Shown piece by piece: positions 34,484 to 42,639 of a stretch of 58,974 nucleotides of DNA. Source of the stretch: a bacterium (GTDB lineage: Bacteria; Patescibacteriota; Minisyncoccia; JAUYLV01); the NCBI GenBank assembly GCA_030699565.1, contig JAUYLV010000053.1:1-58974 (forward strand), given 5' to 3'. The position numbers were made by a program, and so were the translations under genes. The notes under the pieces are model-generated. The model ran no database searches. It worked only from the letters and a program-made list of their open reading frames with translations, and was not told the DNA's origin. Every line of letters starts with the position of its first letter. The first letter of the stretch is position 1.

Positions 34484-35662
34484 ATGCGCAAATCCGTTAG
34501 ATATATATACCTCGATTGCGCCGCATCCACGCCGCTGGACCCAAAGGTCGAACGCGCCATGGCGCCGTTTTGGCGCAAAAACTTTGAGAATCCATCGGCA
34601 TTGTACGGCGGAAGCGTTCGGGCGCGCCGCGCGATCGATGACGCCCGCAAGCGTGTCGCTGTTATATTAAATGCCACATCCACGGAAATCACCTTCGTGC
34701 CCGGCGGGACTGCGGGGAATAATCTGGCAATTATGGGTATAGCGAGGGCAGCGGGGAACGGACACATCATTATATCCGCTATCGAACATGAGTCGGTGCT
34801 TGAGCCGGTTCGCCAACTTGAACGTGAGGGTTTTGGGGTGACTTATATAAAACCCGATCGTGACGGGGTCATTCCTATTGAATCGTTAAAAAAATCTCTG
34901 CGACCCGATACTATTCTCGTATCTGTCATGTATGCCAATAATGAAGTCGGCACCATCCAGCCGATCCGTGAAATTACAAAGATGATTCGCGATCATCGCC
35001 GCCGGTCACCGGTTGCCGGTCACCGGTTGCCATACTTCCATACCGATGCCTGCCAGGCTGCAAATTATCTCGATCTGAATGTCCAAAAACTCGGCGTCGA
35101 TCTTATGACGATTAACGGATCAAAGATCTATGGTCCAAAAATGTCCGGATGTCTTTATGTAAGGAATGGGATTTCTATCCGTCCCATAGTAACGGGGGGT
35201 GGCCAGGAAAAAAGCCTTTGGAGCGGCACCGAGAACGTTTCGGGCATCGTCGGCTTTGCCACGGCGCTTGCGATCACGGAACAAAAAAAAGAAAAGGAGA
35301 AGGCGCGCCTTACGGCGCTCAGGGATTATTTCATCGAAAAACTGTTGACGGAAATCCCCGGAACGGCATTGAATGGCCACGCGATAGACCGCTTGCCGAA
35401 CAATATCCACATTTCCATTCATAACATCGATGGAGAAGCCGCCGTATTGTACCTTGATGCGGCTGGTATTGCCTGTGCGATCGGATCGGCATGTACCTCG
35501 CATAGCGTTACCCCATCGCATGTGCTTCGGGCCATGGGATTTTCCGAAAAGCGTTCCAAATCTTCACTGCGTCTGACCATGGGGCGCGGTACGGGAAAAA
35601 AAGATTGCGGCCGAGTTATTCAGGAGCTTACAAGGATTATTCCCTTGATTCGAAATAGCTGA
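34484..35662 (+). CDS. NifS/IscS-type cysteine desulfurase (second copy in the window)
   Basis: IYLDCAASTP, SAIEHESV, FHTDACQA, active-site GSACTS. The PLP lysine context is GSKIYGPK rather than GHK. Confidence 0.8.
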   Translation: MRKSVRYIYLDCAASTPLDPKVERAMAPFWRKNFENPSALYGGSVRARRAIDDARKRVAVILNATSTEITFVPGGTAGNNLAIMGIARAAGNGHIIISAIEHESVLEPVRQLEREGFGVTYIKPDRDGVIPIESLKKSLRPDTILVSVMYANNEVGTIQPIREITKMIRDHRRRSPVAGHRLPYFHTDACQAANYLDLNVQKLGVDLMTINGSKIYGPKMSGCLYVRNGISIRPIVTGGGQEKSLWSGTENVSGIVGFATALAITEQKKEKEKARLTALRDYFIEKLLTEIPGTALNGHAIDRLPNNIHISIHNIDGEAAVLYLDAAGIACAIGSACTSHSVTPSHVLRAMGFSEKRSKSSLRLTMGRGTGKKDCGRVIQELTRIIPLIRNS

Positions 35663-35729
35663 TTATTCAAATACTTGACTTAATGGTTATATTGATGTAT
35701 AATGGTTAGCACTATTTAAATTAGTATCT

Positions 35730-35993
35730 ATGCAACCATCAGATCTCGCCAACAATGGTCTTAATTACTTAGCGAATATTCTCAACCAGGGCATTGCCTG
35801 GCTCGTTGCGTTTGCCATGCTCATTGCGGTTATCATGGTTATTGTTTCGGGTATTAAATTTATGATTGCCGGGGGAGATGAGGAGAAGCGCCATGGAGCC
35901 AAGCGAACGCTTATTTTCGCTTTAGTGGGTGTGGCGGTAGTGATCTTGGCGCAGAGCATGGTGCAGACGGTGATTAATTTCTTTGGCGTATAA
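35730..35993 (+). CDS. TrbC/VirB2-like small two-TM protein
   Basis: 87 aa. Two hydrophobic helices separated by a charged loop (IAGGDEEKRHGAKR), the pattern of pilin-like VirB2 proteins common in CPR genomes. Confidence 0.45.
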   Translation: MQPSDLANNGLNYLANILNQGIAWLVAFAMLIAVIMVIVSGIKFMIAGGDEEKRHGAKRTLIFALVGVAVVILAQSMVQTVINFFGV

Positions 35994-36131
35994 AAATCGG
36001 CGATACTGCACGTAGTATTCTATTGTCCGGCGTAATCCGTCGGATTTTATGTTTTTCCCCCGTTTGCCTGGCGCTACGTGCCATGAGCACTTTCCCCAGC
36101 AAAAAAGCATTTACTGTGGTAGAATGGCATC

Positions 36132-37034
36132 ATGAATGAACGCGACCTTGTACAGCCGATCCCCGGCGCGGCTTTGACTCTTGTCCGCAATCCCAAGTTG
36201 AAGGAATTTCACGATTTGGCGCACACCGAAGGATTCCTTAAACTTGACCTTGAGGATTCCGGCAATGCCCGGCGGCTTCCTAAAACCATAGAACGAAACG
36301 GTCATATTTTTATGGTTGCGAAAGTTGCCTATCCGCAGAATAAAGCGGGACTCGCAACCTTTTACACCATAGATCTTTTTATAAAACCATCCGGCGTGAT
36401 CATGGTTGCTCCCGAAAATCCGGAAAAGCTTGTTGATCGCATAAAACAGCGGCTTGGAGGCGAGGGGGAGGGGAACGGCTTTCGTTTGGCGCATGCGGTG
36501 CTCGACGAAATCGTCGATGGGTATTTGGCGGCGCTCGACGCCATGGGCGAAACCATTCAGCATCTTGAGGCCCAAACACTAAAGCGTCCCGCCACACACA
36601 CCATCGCCCACATTTTTCAGATGAAAAAGACCCTTAGTGATTTCAGGCGAAACAGCTCTACGATGCGCGAAGCGGTGAATACCATGGCAAGAAGCAAGAC
36701 CGTTCAAGAGCAGGGTGATCTTGCCATATATCTTCATGACGTGGCTGAACATCTCATGCAGGCCATCGAACTTGTCGAAACCTACAGGGATGCGCTAAGC
36801 GAAGCGCTTGATCTTTATCTTTCCGTCTCAACAAATCGAATCAATGACATTGTGAAAGTGCTGGCGGTGTACGGAACGATTGCGCTTCCCTTGGTGGTTA
36901 TAACCAGCATGTACGGCATGAACGTTGCGTTGCCGTTAGCCAAAGAACCGGCTGCATTTTGGATTGTCATGGGAGCGGCAGCGGTGCTTACGGCAGGAAT
37001 GCTGGTGTATTTCAGAAAACGGCATTGGTTTTAA
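36132..37034 (+). CDS. corA: CorA-family magnesium transporter
   Basis: 300 aa. YGMNV (GMN) signature followed by two C-terminal TMs. Confidence 0.85.
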   Translation: MNERDLVQPIPGAALTLVRNPKLKEFHDLAHTEGFLKLDLEDSGNARRLPKTIERNGHIFMVAKVAYPQNKAGLATFYTIDLFIKPSGVIMVAPENPEKLVDRIKQRLGGEGEGNGFRLAHAVLDEIVDGYLAALDAMGETIQHLEAQTLKRPATHTIAHIFQMKKTLSDFRRNSSTMREAVNTMARSKTVQEQGDLAIYLHDVAEHLMQAIELVETYRDALSEALDLYLSVSTNRINDIVKVLAVYGTIALPLVVITSMYGMNVALPLAKEPAAFWIVMGAAAVLTAGMLVYFRKRHWF

Positions 37035-37043
37035 GATCCACTT

Positions 37044-37487
37044 TTGCGTATGAAGAAAATTTTTAAATTCATAGCAAAGTATTTTTTCGTGGGCATTCTG
37101 CCGTCCGCGATACTTTCGGTAGTGGTAAAAAAACTCGAGGGCGCCCATAAGAACCCCGCTGAACATGCCGATGAGGTATTGTTGAATGCCGCGCTGACGG
37201 CGATCGTTGCTATTTTAACGCTGGGCGCCACGCTGGTGCTGGTGCGATGGCTGGTTGTATCACGCGGAGTGGAGTCGGGGCTTCTCGTCCTGATTGTGGC
37301 GTGGCTTGCCGGCATCGCCATCATGTCGTTTGTTGTGCTGCCGTCATACTGGTCGTGGAAAAAATATGGATTTCATTATGGGATTTTGATGGCGGTGGCA
37401 ACGGTGCTCGGTATGCTGGTGCTGGGCGCCATTCTCGTCATTATGCTGATATTTTTCGGATTCGGACTTAAACTTCTCGTATCTTGA
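37044..37487 (+). CDS. Hypothetical membrane protein (4 TM)
   Basis: 147 aa, hydrophobic throughout, no recognised motif. Confidence 0.5.
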   Translation: MRMKKIFKFIAKYFFVGILPSAILSVVVKKLEGAHKNPAEHADEVLLNAALTAIVAILTLGATLVLVRWLVVSRGVESGLLVLIVAWLAGIAIMSFVVLPSYWSWKKYGFHYGILMAVATVLGMLVLGAILVIMLIFFGFGLKLLVS

Positions 37488-37550
37488 AGCATGAAGCTTG
37501 AAGCATGGCGGTGTTTCAAGTTTCATGGTTTATGATCCATGTTTTATGAT
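37485..37550. repeat. TGAAGCA/TGTTTCA intercistronic hairpin element, family C copy 2
   Basis: TGAAGCATGAAGCTTGAAGCATG...GTGTTTCAAGTTTCATGGTTTATGA. It spans from the upstream TGA stop to the rpiB ATG. Confidence 0.7.
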
Positions 37551-37998
37551 TTACCTAGGCGCCGATCACGGCGGATTTGCATTGAAGGAGCGTATTAAAG
37601 CTTTCCTTACCGGAAAGGGACTTGAAGTTGCCGATAAAGGAAATGTCATTCTTGATCCGGATGACGATTATCCGGATTTTGCGCTCGATGTTAGCGAGGC
37701 AGTTGCAAAAAATCCGTCCCTGCACCGCGGAATCTTGGTTTGCCGAAATGGCATTGGCATGAGCGTTGTGGCCAATAAAGTAAAAGGCGTGCGCTGTTCG
37801 CATGCCGAGAGTGTTGAAGTCGCCCGCACTTCCCGGCTCGATGACGATACCAACGTGTTGGCGCTGCCGGCCGATCATTTTGAGGAGTCCGAAGCGCTTA
37901 AGGTCGTTGAAACGTGGCTGGAAACGCCCTTTTCGGGCGCGGATCGCCATAAGCGTCGCCTGAAAAAGATAGATGATATCGAAAGAAAGTCTTTATGA
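37546..37998 (+). CDS. rpiB: Ribose-5-phosphate isomerase B
   Basis: MIYLGADHGGFALKE start and GILVCRNGIGMSVVANK. Confidence 0.85.
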   Translation: MIYLGADHGGFALKERIKAFLTGKGLEVADKGNVILDPDDDYPDFALDVSEAVAKNPSLHRGILVCRNGIGMSVVANKVKGVRCSHAESVEVARTSRLDDDTNVLALPADHFEESEALKVVETWLETPFSGADRHKRRLKKIDDIERKSL

Positions 37999-38387
37999 CC
38001 AATGGATCAGAAATTATCGACGTCAGATTGTGTCGTGTCGGGCAGATAAACGATCTATGGATCGGTGGAGGAAACTCGACCCATTGTCGAATATTTTCCG
38101 GCAATGCCGGCTATTACACGCAGGTATGCGATATTCCCCGGCGTCTGGGAGAGGTGCAAATTGGCGGTATCAGCGGGCAGTACTGCCGGGATCTGGCAAT
38201 TCCGCCGTATCTGCACATTCTGACATCGCCTTCGTTTCCCATCGCGGTATTTGCCACGATCATTTTGTATTTTTTCCTGCGCTATATTATGCGGCTTGCG
38301 GAAAGCCCGAAGGTGGATTTTAAGGAAGAGCTGTATAAGCCGCCGTCGAAAAAAGATCTTCGGTTTCCACCAACTCACGCAGCATGA
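37995..38387 (+). CDS. Hypothetical protein with a C-terminal TM
   Basis: 130 aa. The ATG overlaps the rpiB stop (ATGA). Four Cys, one TM, no motif recognised. Confidence 0.4.
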   Translation: MTNGSEIIDVRLCRVGQINDLWIGGGNSTHCRIFSGNAGYYTQVCDIPRRLGEVQIGGISGQYCRDLAIPPYLHILTSPSFPIAVFATIILYFFLRYIMRLAESPKVDFKEELYKPPSKKDLRFPPTHAA

Positions 38388-38471
38388 ATCATGAGGCATG
38401 AAGCACCATAGAAATCAATAGATGATCAAACGGGTGTTTTATGTTTCAAGTTTCATGTTTCATGTTTTGTG
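38383..38471. repeat. TGAAGCA/TGTTTCA intercistronic hairpin element, family C copy 3
   Basis: CATGAATCATGAGGCATGAAGCA...GTTTTATGTTTCAAGTTTCATGTTTCATGTTTTGTG. It spans from the upstream TGA stop to the nuoD GTG start. Confidence 0.7.
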
Positions 38472-39587
38472 ACTTCCATAAATTTCGGTCCCCAGCATCC
38501 CTCCACTCATGGTGTTTTAAACCTCAAAACTGTCATTGAGGGCGATACCGTTTTGTCCGTGGAGCCGAATCTCGGATTTTTGCATCGCGGAGTGGAAAAA
38601 GCCGCCGAAGAGAGGCGGTATATTCAGTTTTTGCCGATGATCGAGAAGACCGATTACGTTGCGGCATTCTCCTGGGATAATTTATATATGACGATCCTGG
38701 AAGACGGATTGAAGATCCAGGTTCCGCCGCGCGCGCAATTTATTCGGACGATTCTGCTTGAGATGCAGCGCATCATGTCGCACCTGGTGTGGCTTGCGGC
38801 GTTCGGGCAGGATCTGGGGCAGCCGACGGTTTTTTTGTGGGCGTTCCGCGAGCGCGAGCCGTACGTGGAGCTCTTTGAGGAGCTTTCCGGCGGGCGTCTG
38901 CATTATTACTACGGACGCATTGGCGGTGTGAAGCGCGACTTTCTGCCCGATACGGCGGACAAGCTGTTGCATTATCTGAAGGGCTTTGAGGAACGGCTGC
39001 GCGAGATCGAGGGCATGACGGTTGATAATATCATTTTTCAAAAACGCACCAAGGACGTCGGAACGCTTACGAAAGAAAAAGCCGTTGAATTAGGTGCGAC
39101 AGGACCGATGCTGCGTTCGTGCGGCATCAATCACGACCTTCGCAAAGTGGAGCCGTATCTAGTATACAAAGAAGCGGAATTCGATGTACCGGTGGCAGAA
39201 GAGGGGGATTGCTGGGCGCGTACGAAGGTGCGGGTCGAGGAGATGCGCCAGAGCGTAAAGATCATCCGGCAGCTTTTGGCAAAAATGCCAGAAGGCGAGA
39301 TCGTATCCGGCCCGTTCTTGGAGGACCGCACCGGAAACCAGATGCTCAAGGCCTATACGATGCGCCTGCCGGCGGGGGAATACTTTGCGCGGCAGGAACT
39401 GCCAAGGGGCGAGGGGGCTATTTATCTTATTTCCGACGGCGGCATGAAGCCATATCGGTTTCGCATGCGTTCGCCCGCGTTCTGCAACCTATCGCTGGTG
39501 ACGCATCTGGTGCGGAATGTGAAGATCGCGGACATGATCGCGATACTTGGCAGCCTCGACTTGGTATACGGCGAGATTGACCGTTGA
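38469..39587 (+). CDS. nuoD: NuoD-like subunit (complex I 49-kDa family, no NiFe cysteines)
   Basis: 372 aa. INFGPQHPSTHGVLNL, GFLHRGVEK, IEKTDY and C-terminal LGSLDLVYGEIDR. GTG start; shorter N-terminus than canonical NuoD. Confidence 0.8.
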   Translation: MTSINFGPQHPSTHGVLNLKTVIEGDTVLSVEPNLGFLHRGVEKAAEERRYIQFLPMIEKTDYVAAFSWDNLYMTILEDGLKIQVPPRAQFIRTILLEMQRIMSHLVWLAAFGQDLGQPTVFLWAFREREPYVELFEELSGGRLHYYYGRIGGVKRDFLPDTADKLLHYLKGFEERLREIEGMTVDNIIFQKRTKDVGTLTKEKAVELGATGPMLRSCGINHDLRKVEPYLVYKEAEFDVPVAEEGDCWARTKVRVEEMRQSVKIIRQLLAKMPEGEIVSGPFLEDRTGNQMLKAYTMRLPAGEYFARQELPRGEGAIYLISDGGMKPYRFRMRSPAFCNLSLVTHLVRNVKIADMIAILGSLDLVYGEIDR

Positions 39588-39594
39588 TAGTAAT

Positions 39595-39673
39595 GTCATT
39601 GCGAGCGAAGCGTGGCAATCTTGATTGTCATTCCCATCTCTGCCCCCCGTCATTCCCGCGAAGGCGTGAATCC
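39595..39673. repeat. Three tandem GTCATT... modules
   Basis: GTCATTGCGAGCGAAGCGTGGCAATC, GTCATTCCCATCTCTGCCCC, GTCATTCCCGCGAAGGCGTGAATCC. Confidence 0.7.
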
Positions 39674-39707
39674 ATGATGAGCTGCTTACTAATTTGCAAA
39701 AATAGCA

Positions 39708-40046
39708 ATGGATATTACACAACCAGAAAATCAAAAAAAGGTCACTTTAAGACGAGATATTGTTTACGGAATTTTTGGTATTCTTCTTTTTTGGGTGGGG
39801 TTTTTTGTCGAACTATTTTATTGGCAATTTTATGTAAATTGCGGTTGGGATAATCATCCCTACTGTAGCTTTGTTGAGAACATAATGCTCGTCGGCATCA
39901 TATTTATATTTATCGGGCTCTTTTTAATTGGCTATTCTGTTCGTAAGTCAAGGAAACTTTTTAGCTTACTTATGATCATGATTGGATTGATTATTTTGTC
40001 TCCTGTTATTGCTCTAGGTTTTAAGTTGTTACTTAGAAATTTGTAA
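39708..40046 (+). CDS. AT-rich small membrane protein (3 TM) inserted between nuoD and nuoH
   Basis: 112 aa. Visibly lower GC than both neighbours. No recognised motif. Confidence 0.5.
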   Translation: MDITQPENQKKVTLRRDIVYGIFGILLFWVGFFVELFYWQFYVNCGWDNHPYCSFVENIMLVGIIFIFIGLFLIGYSVRKSRKLFSLLMIMIGLIILSPVIALGFKLLLRNL

Positions 40047-40052
40047 GCAACA

Positions 40053-40991
40053 ATGTTACTCCAACTTCTCCTCATCTCCATCGCCGCAATTCTTATCTCC
40101 GCGTTCGTCGGGGCGTTTGCGGCATTTGGGGGATTAGCCGAACGCAAGATCATCGGCCGCATCCACTCGCGCTATGGCCCGACCGAAACCGGTCCATACG
40201 GGCTTTTGCAGACGATTGCCGATGCCATAAAATTCATTGCGAAACAACCCCTCATTCCGCGCCTTGCCGACAAGCCCATCTATATCATCATTCCCATTTT
40301 GATGGTTGCCCTGCCCTTTACGATCCTTGTGGTGCTGCCGTGGGGGCACATTCCGGTCTGGTCGTTTAAATACGATCTCTTGTTCATTATCTCGCTTCTT
40401 GCCTTAAATCCCATTCTTATCTTGCTCGGTGCTTGGGCGGGGAACAGCAAATATACGACGCTTGGGGGATTGCGTGCCGCCACGCAGATTCTTGCCTATG
40501 AAGGGGTGCTCTTTTTGTCGCTTGCGCCTTTGGTTTATGCCGCCGGATCGTTTTCGGTAGCCGATATCGTAGCGTATCAGCGCGAGCATCTGTGGCTTGC
40601 GGTGTTGCAGCCATTATCGTTTCTTCTTTTTATTTTTGCGCTTATCGGCATCTCCGAGCGCCAACCCCTGGATCTGCCGGAAGCCGAGTCGGAATTGGTG
40701 CAGGGATGGATGACGGAATACGGCGGCGTATTCTTTGCGATGATACTCTTGGCTCAATACATTACGCTTTGGATCGGCGCGGTTTCGCTTGGAGCGCTCT
40801 TTTTTGGCGGATGGGGTGATATAACCGGAATATTCGGATTTTTGGCCAAGATTATATTTGGCATCTTGCTTTTTATTTACTTCCGAGCGACCTATTTTCG
40901 CCTGCGGCTCGACCAGCTTTTGGCATTTACCTGGAAGGGACTCATTCCGCTTGGCATCGTAAATCTACTACTGATGATTCTACTGTATTAG
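40053..40991 (+). CDS. nuoH: NuoH-like membrane subunit (ND1 family)
   Basis: 312 aa. LAERKIIGRIHSRYGPTETGPYGLLQTIADAIKF matches the NuoH N-terminal signature. 8 TM. Confidence 0.85.
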   Translation: MLLQLLLISIAAILISAFVGAFAAFGGLAERKIIGRIHSRYGPTETGPYGLLQTIADAIKFIAKQPLIPRLADKPIYIIIPILMVALPFTILVVLPWGHIPVWSFKYDLLFIISLLALNPILILLGAWAGNSKYTTLGGLRAATQILAYEGVLFLSLAPLVYAAGSFSVADIVAYQREHLWLAVLQPLSFLLFIFALIGISERQPLDLPEAESELVQGWMTEYGGVFFAMILLAQYITLWIGAVSLGALFFGGWGDITGIFGFLAKIIFGILLFIYFRATYFRLRLDQLLAFTWKGLIPLGIVNLLLMILLY

Positions 40992-41172
40992 GGTGTAGCA
41001 TGATACAATCATCGTCGCCTCAACACCCCTTCTTTCAAAGCAGGGGAGTTTTACATCCCTCTCCTCTTCGAGGAGAGGTTAGGAGAGGTGTGTTGCGGTT
41101 TTTCAGCGAACCATGATAGGGTAACGTGTACTAATAGATCCTTTAAATTTTCAATACGAAAGAGTGGTTTCC

Positions 41173-42153
41173 ATGAAAAAGCACTTTCTGATTTTCCTGT
41201 TTTTTCTGATTTACGCTGCGGGCATGAATTCCGCGTACGCAAAGACATGCGATGCGGAACTTCCAGTAAATGATATTCGCGCCATGGTGGATATTTTGTC
41301 GCATCCGGCGCTAGGCGGTAGGGGAACGGAGCAGGTAGGATTCGATGTCGCGGGACTCATACTGGCGCGCGAGCTGCGCAATGTCGGTCTTCAGCCATTG
41401 CCCGGAATCGGCGGCTATATGCAGCCGTTCTCATTTTCTGATCACGGCCAAACGATTCGTTCGCGAAATATCATCGGTTATGCGCAAGGAATGATACCCG
41501 ACGAGTATATCATTATCGGCGCTCATTACGATCATGAAGGCATTAAAAACGGCAAAATGTATCCGGGCGCAGATGATAACGCATCGGGTACCGCAGGGGT
41601 GCTTGCCATCGCACAGCAGCTTGCCGCATGTGTTGCCTCGGGGAGAAAACTCAATCGGAGTGTTATTATTGGGTTTTGGGGCGCAGAGGAGTGGGGTCTT
41701 CACGGCTCGGCCTATTTTGTCAAAAGCGGCATTGTACCGCTTGACCAGATCGTTGCCGTGCTGAACCTCGATATGATCGGGCGCAATGATCCGCAAGCGC
41801 TTTCTGCCATCGGTACGGAGTATCCGCCGGAATTTCCGCAAAAGAGTCCGTTGCTCGAAAAAATATTACGCGATGAGAACGCGAAGCTGGATGAGCCGTT
41901 TACGATCGAATACTCGGCACAAGATATGGGGTATTTTTCCGCAACAGATAGTTATTCGTTTTTCGAGGCAAGCCCGTCTCATCGACGGATCCCCATCTTA
42001 TTTTTGACGTCGGGCGCTCATGCGGATTATCACCGGCCAACAGATACCGCCGACAAGATTGATGTAGAAAAGCTGCAAAATGTCGCTCGGCTTATGTACC
42101 GGGTCGCCATGCGCGTCATAACAAGTCCGGTCTGGCCCGTCTATTTACCATAG
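41173..42153 (+). CDS. Secreted M28-family aminopeptidase
   Basis: Signal peptide MKKHFLIFLFFLIYAAGMNSAYA. Motifs GAHYDH, GADDNASG and GAEEWGLHGS. Confidence 0.8.
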   Translation: MKKHFLIFLFFLIYAAGMNSAYAKTCDAELPVNDIRAMVDILSHPALGGRGTEQVGFDVAGLILARELRNVGLQPLPGIGGYMQPFSFSDHGQTIRSRNIIGYAQGMIPDEYIIIGAHYDHEGIKNGKMYPGADDNASGTAGVLAIAQQLAACVASGRKLNRSVIIGFWGAEEWGLHGSAYFVKSGIVPLDQIVAVLNLDMIGRNDPQALSAIGTEYPPEFPQKSPLLEKILRDENAKLDEPFTIEYSAQDMGYFSATDSYSFFEASPSHRRIPILFLTSGAHADYHRPTDTADKIDVEKLQNVARLMYRVAMRVITSPVWPVYLP

Positions 42154-42166
42154 GCAAGTGATGAAG

Positions 42167-42190
42167 CCCTCGAATTGACGAGGGTTTTTT
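42167..42190 (+). terminator. Intrinsic terminator
   Basis: CCCTCG-AATTGA-CGAGGG followed by TTTTTT. Confidence 0.7.
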
Positions 42191-42252
42191 ACATGGTCAA
42201 GCCATGTTGATATGTAGCGGAAATTCGGATAGAATTAATGGCGTCGCTTTTT

Positions 42253-42370
42253 GGGCCGCCAGCTCAATTGGGCAGATGCTCTGGGAGAGCATCTGCGGGT
42301 AGTTCAATGAAGTTTAATTTCGACTACCCCGGATAGAGCACCCGCCTTGTTCACCCCGTTACAAATTTAT
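42253..42370 (+). pseudogene. tRNA-Ala-derived partial copy 1 with a ~62-nt D-loop insertion
   Basis: GGGCCGCCAGCTCAATTGG + hairpin 42272-42296 + GGGTAGT..ACTACCC stem + TAGAGCACCCGCCTTG. It then diverges at the anticodon, with no T-arm or 3' acceptor. Confidence 0.6.
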
Positions 42371-42600
42371 GGGCCCGTAGCTCAATTGGGCGAGTCCTCT
42401 GGGAGAGGACTCGCGGGCAGTTCCTTTTGATTCATCAGAATGGGCCGGTAGCTCAATTGGCTAGAGCACCCGCCTTGCACGCGGGAGGTTGCGGGTTCAA
42501 GCCCCGCCCGGTCCACTGGCCCGTTCTGATAAATTTATATCGACTACCCGGGATAGAGCACCCGCCTTGCACGCGGGAGGTTGGGATTCTGAACCGAATC
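42371..42600 (+). pseudogene. tRNA-Ala-derived partial copy 2, interrupted by the intact tRNA
   Basis: GGGCCCGTAGCTCAATTGG + hairpin 42390-42414 ... [tRNA 42442-42515] ... CGACTACCCGGGATAGAGCACCCGCCTTGCACGCGGGAGGTT. An aberrant T-arm follows and there is no 3' acceptor strand. Confidence 0.55.
42442..42515 (+). tRNA. tRNA-Ala (anticodon UGC)
   Basis: Hand-folded cloverleaf. Acceptor GGGCCGG/CCGGTCC with G3:U70, D-arm GCTC..GAGC, anticodon arm CCCGC-CTTGCAC-GCGGG, T-arm GCGGG-TTCAAGC-CCCGC, discriminator A. CCA is not encoded. Confidence 0.9.
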
Positions 42601-42639
42601 ATGGATTTTGACATCCTTACAAACTTGAGAATGTGAGGA

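Noticed and set aside
38469-39587. NiFe hydrogenase large subunit (group 4) instead of NuoD
   Set aside because: The N-terminal RxCGxC and C-terminal DPCxxC nickel-ligand motifs are absent. The C-terminus is the NuoD-type LVYGEIDR.
42272-42296. The insertion hairpins read as anticodon arms of a tRNA-Pro(GGG), with loop CTGGGAG
   Set aside because: With a 7-nt loop the stem would be 9 bp rather than 5. No T-arm or acceptor pairing can be drawn around either hairpin.
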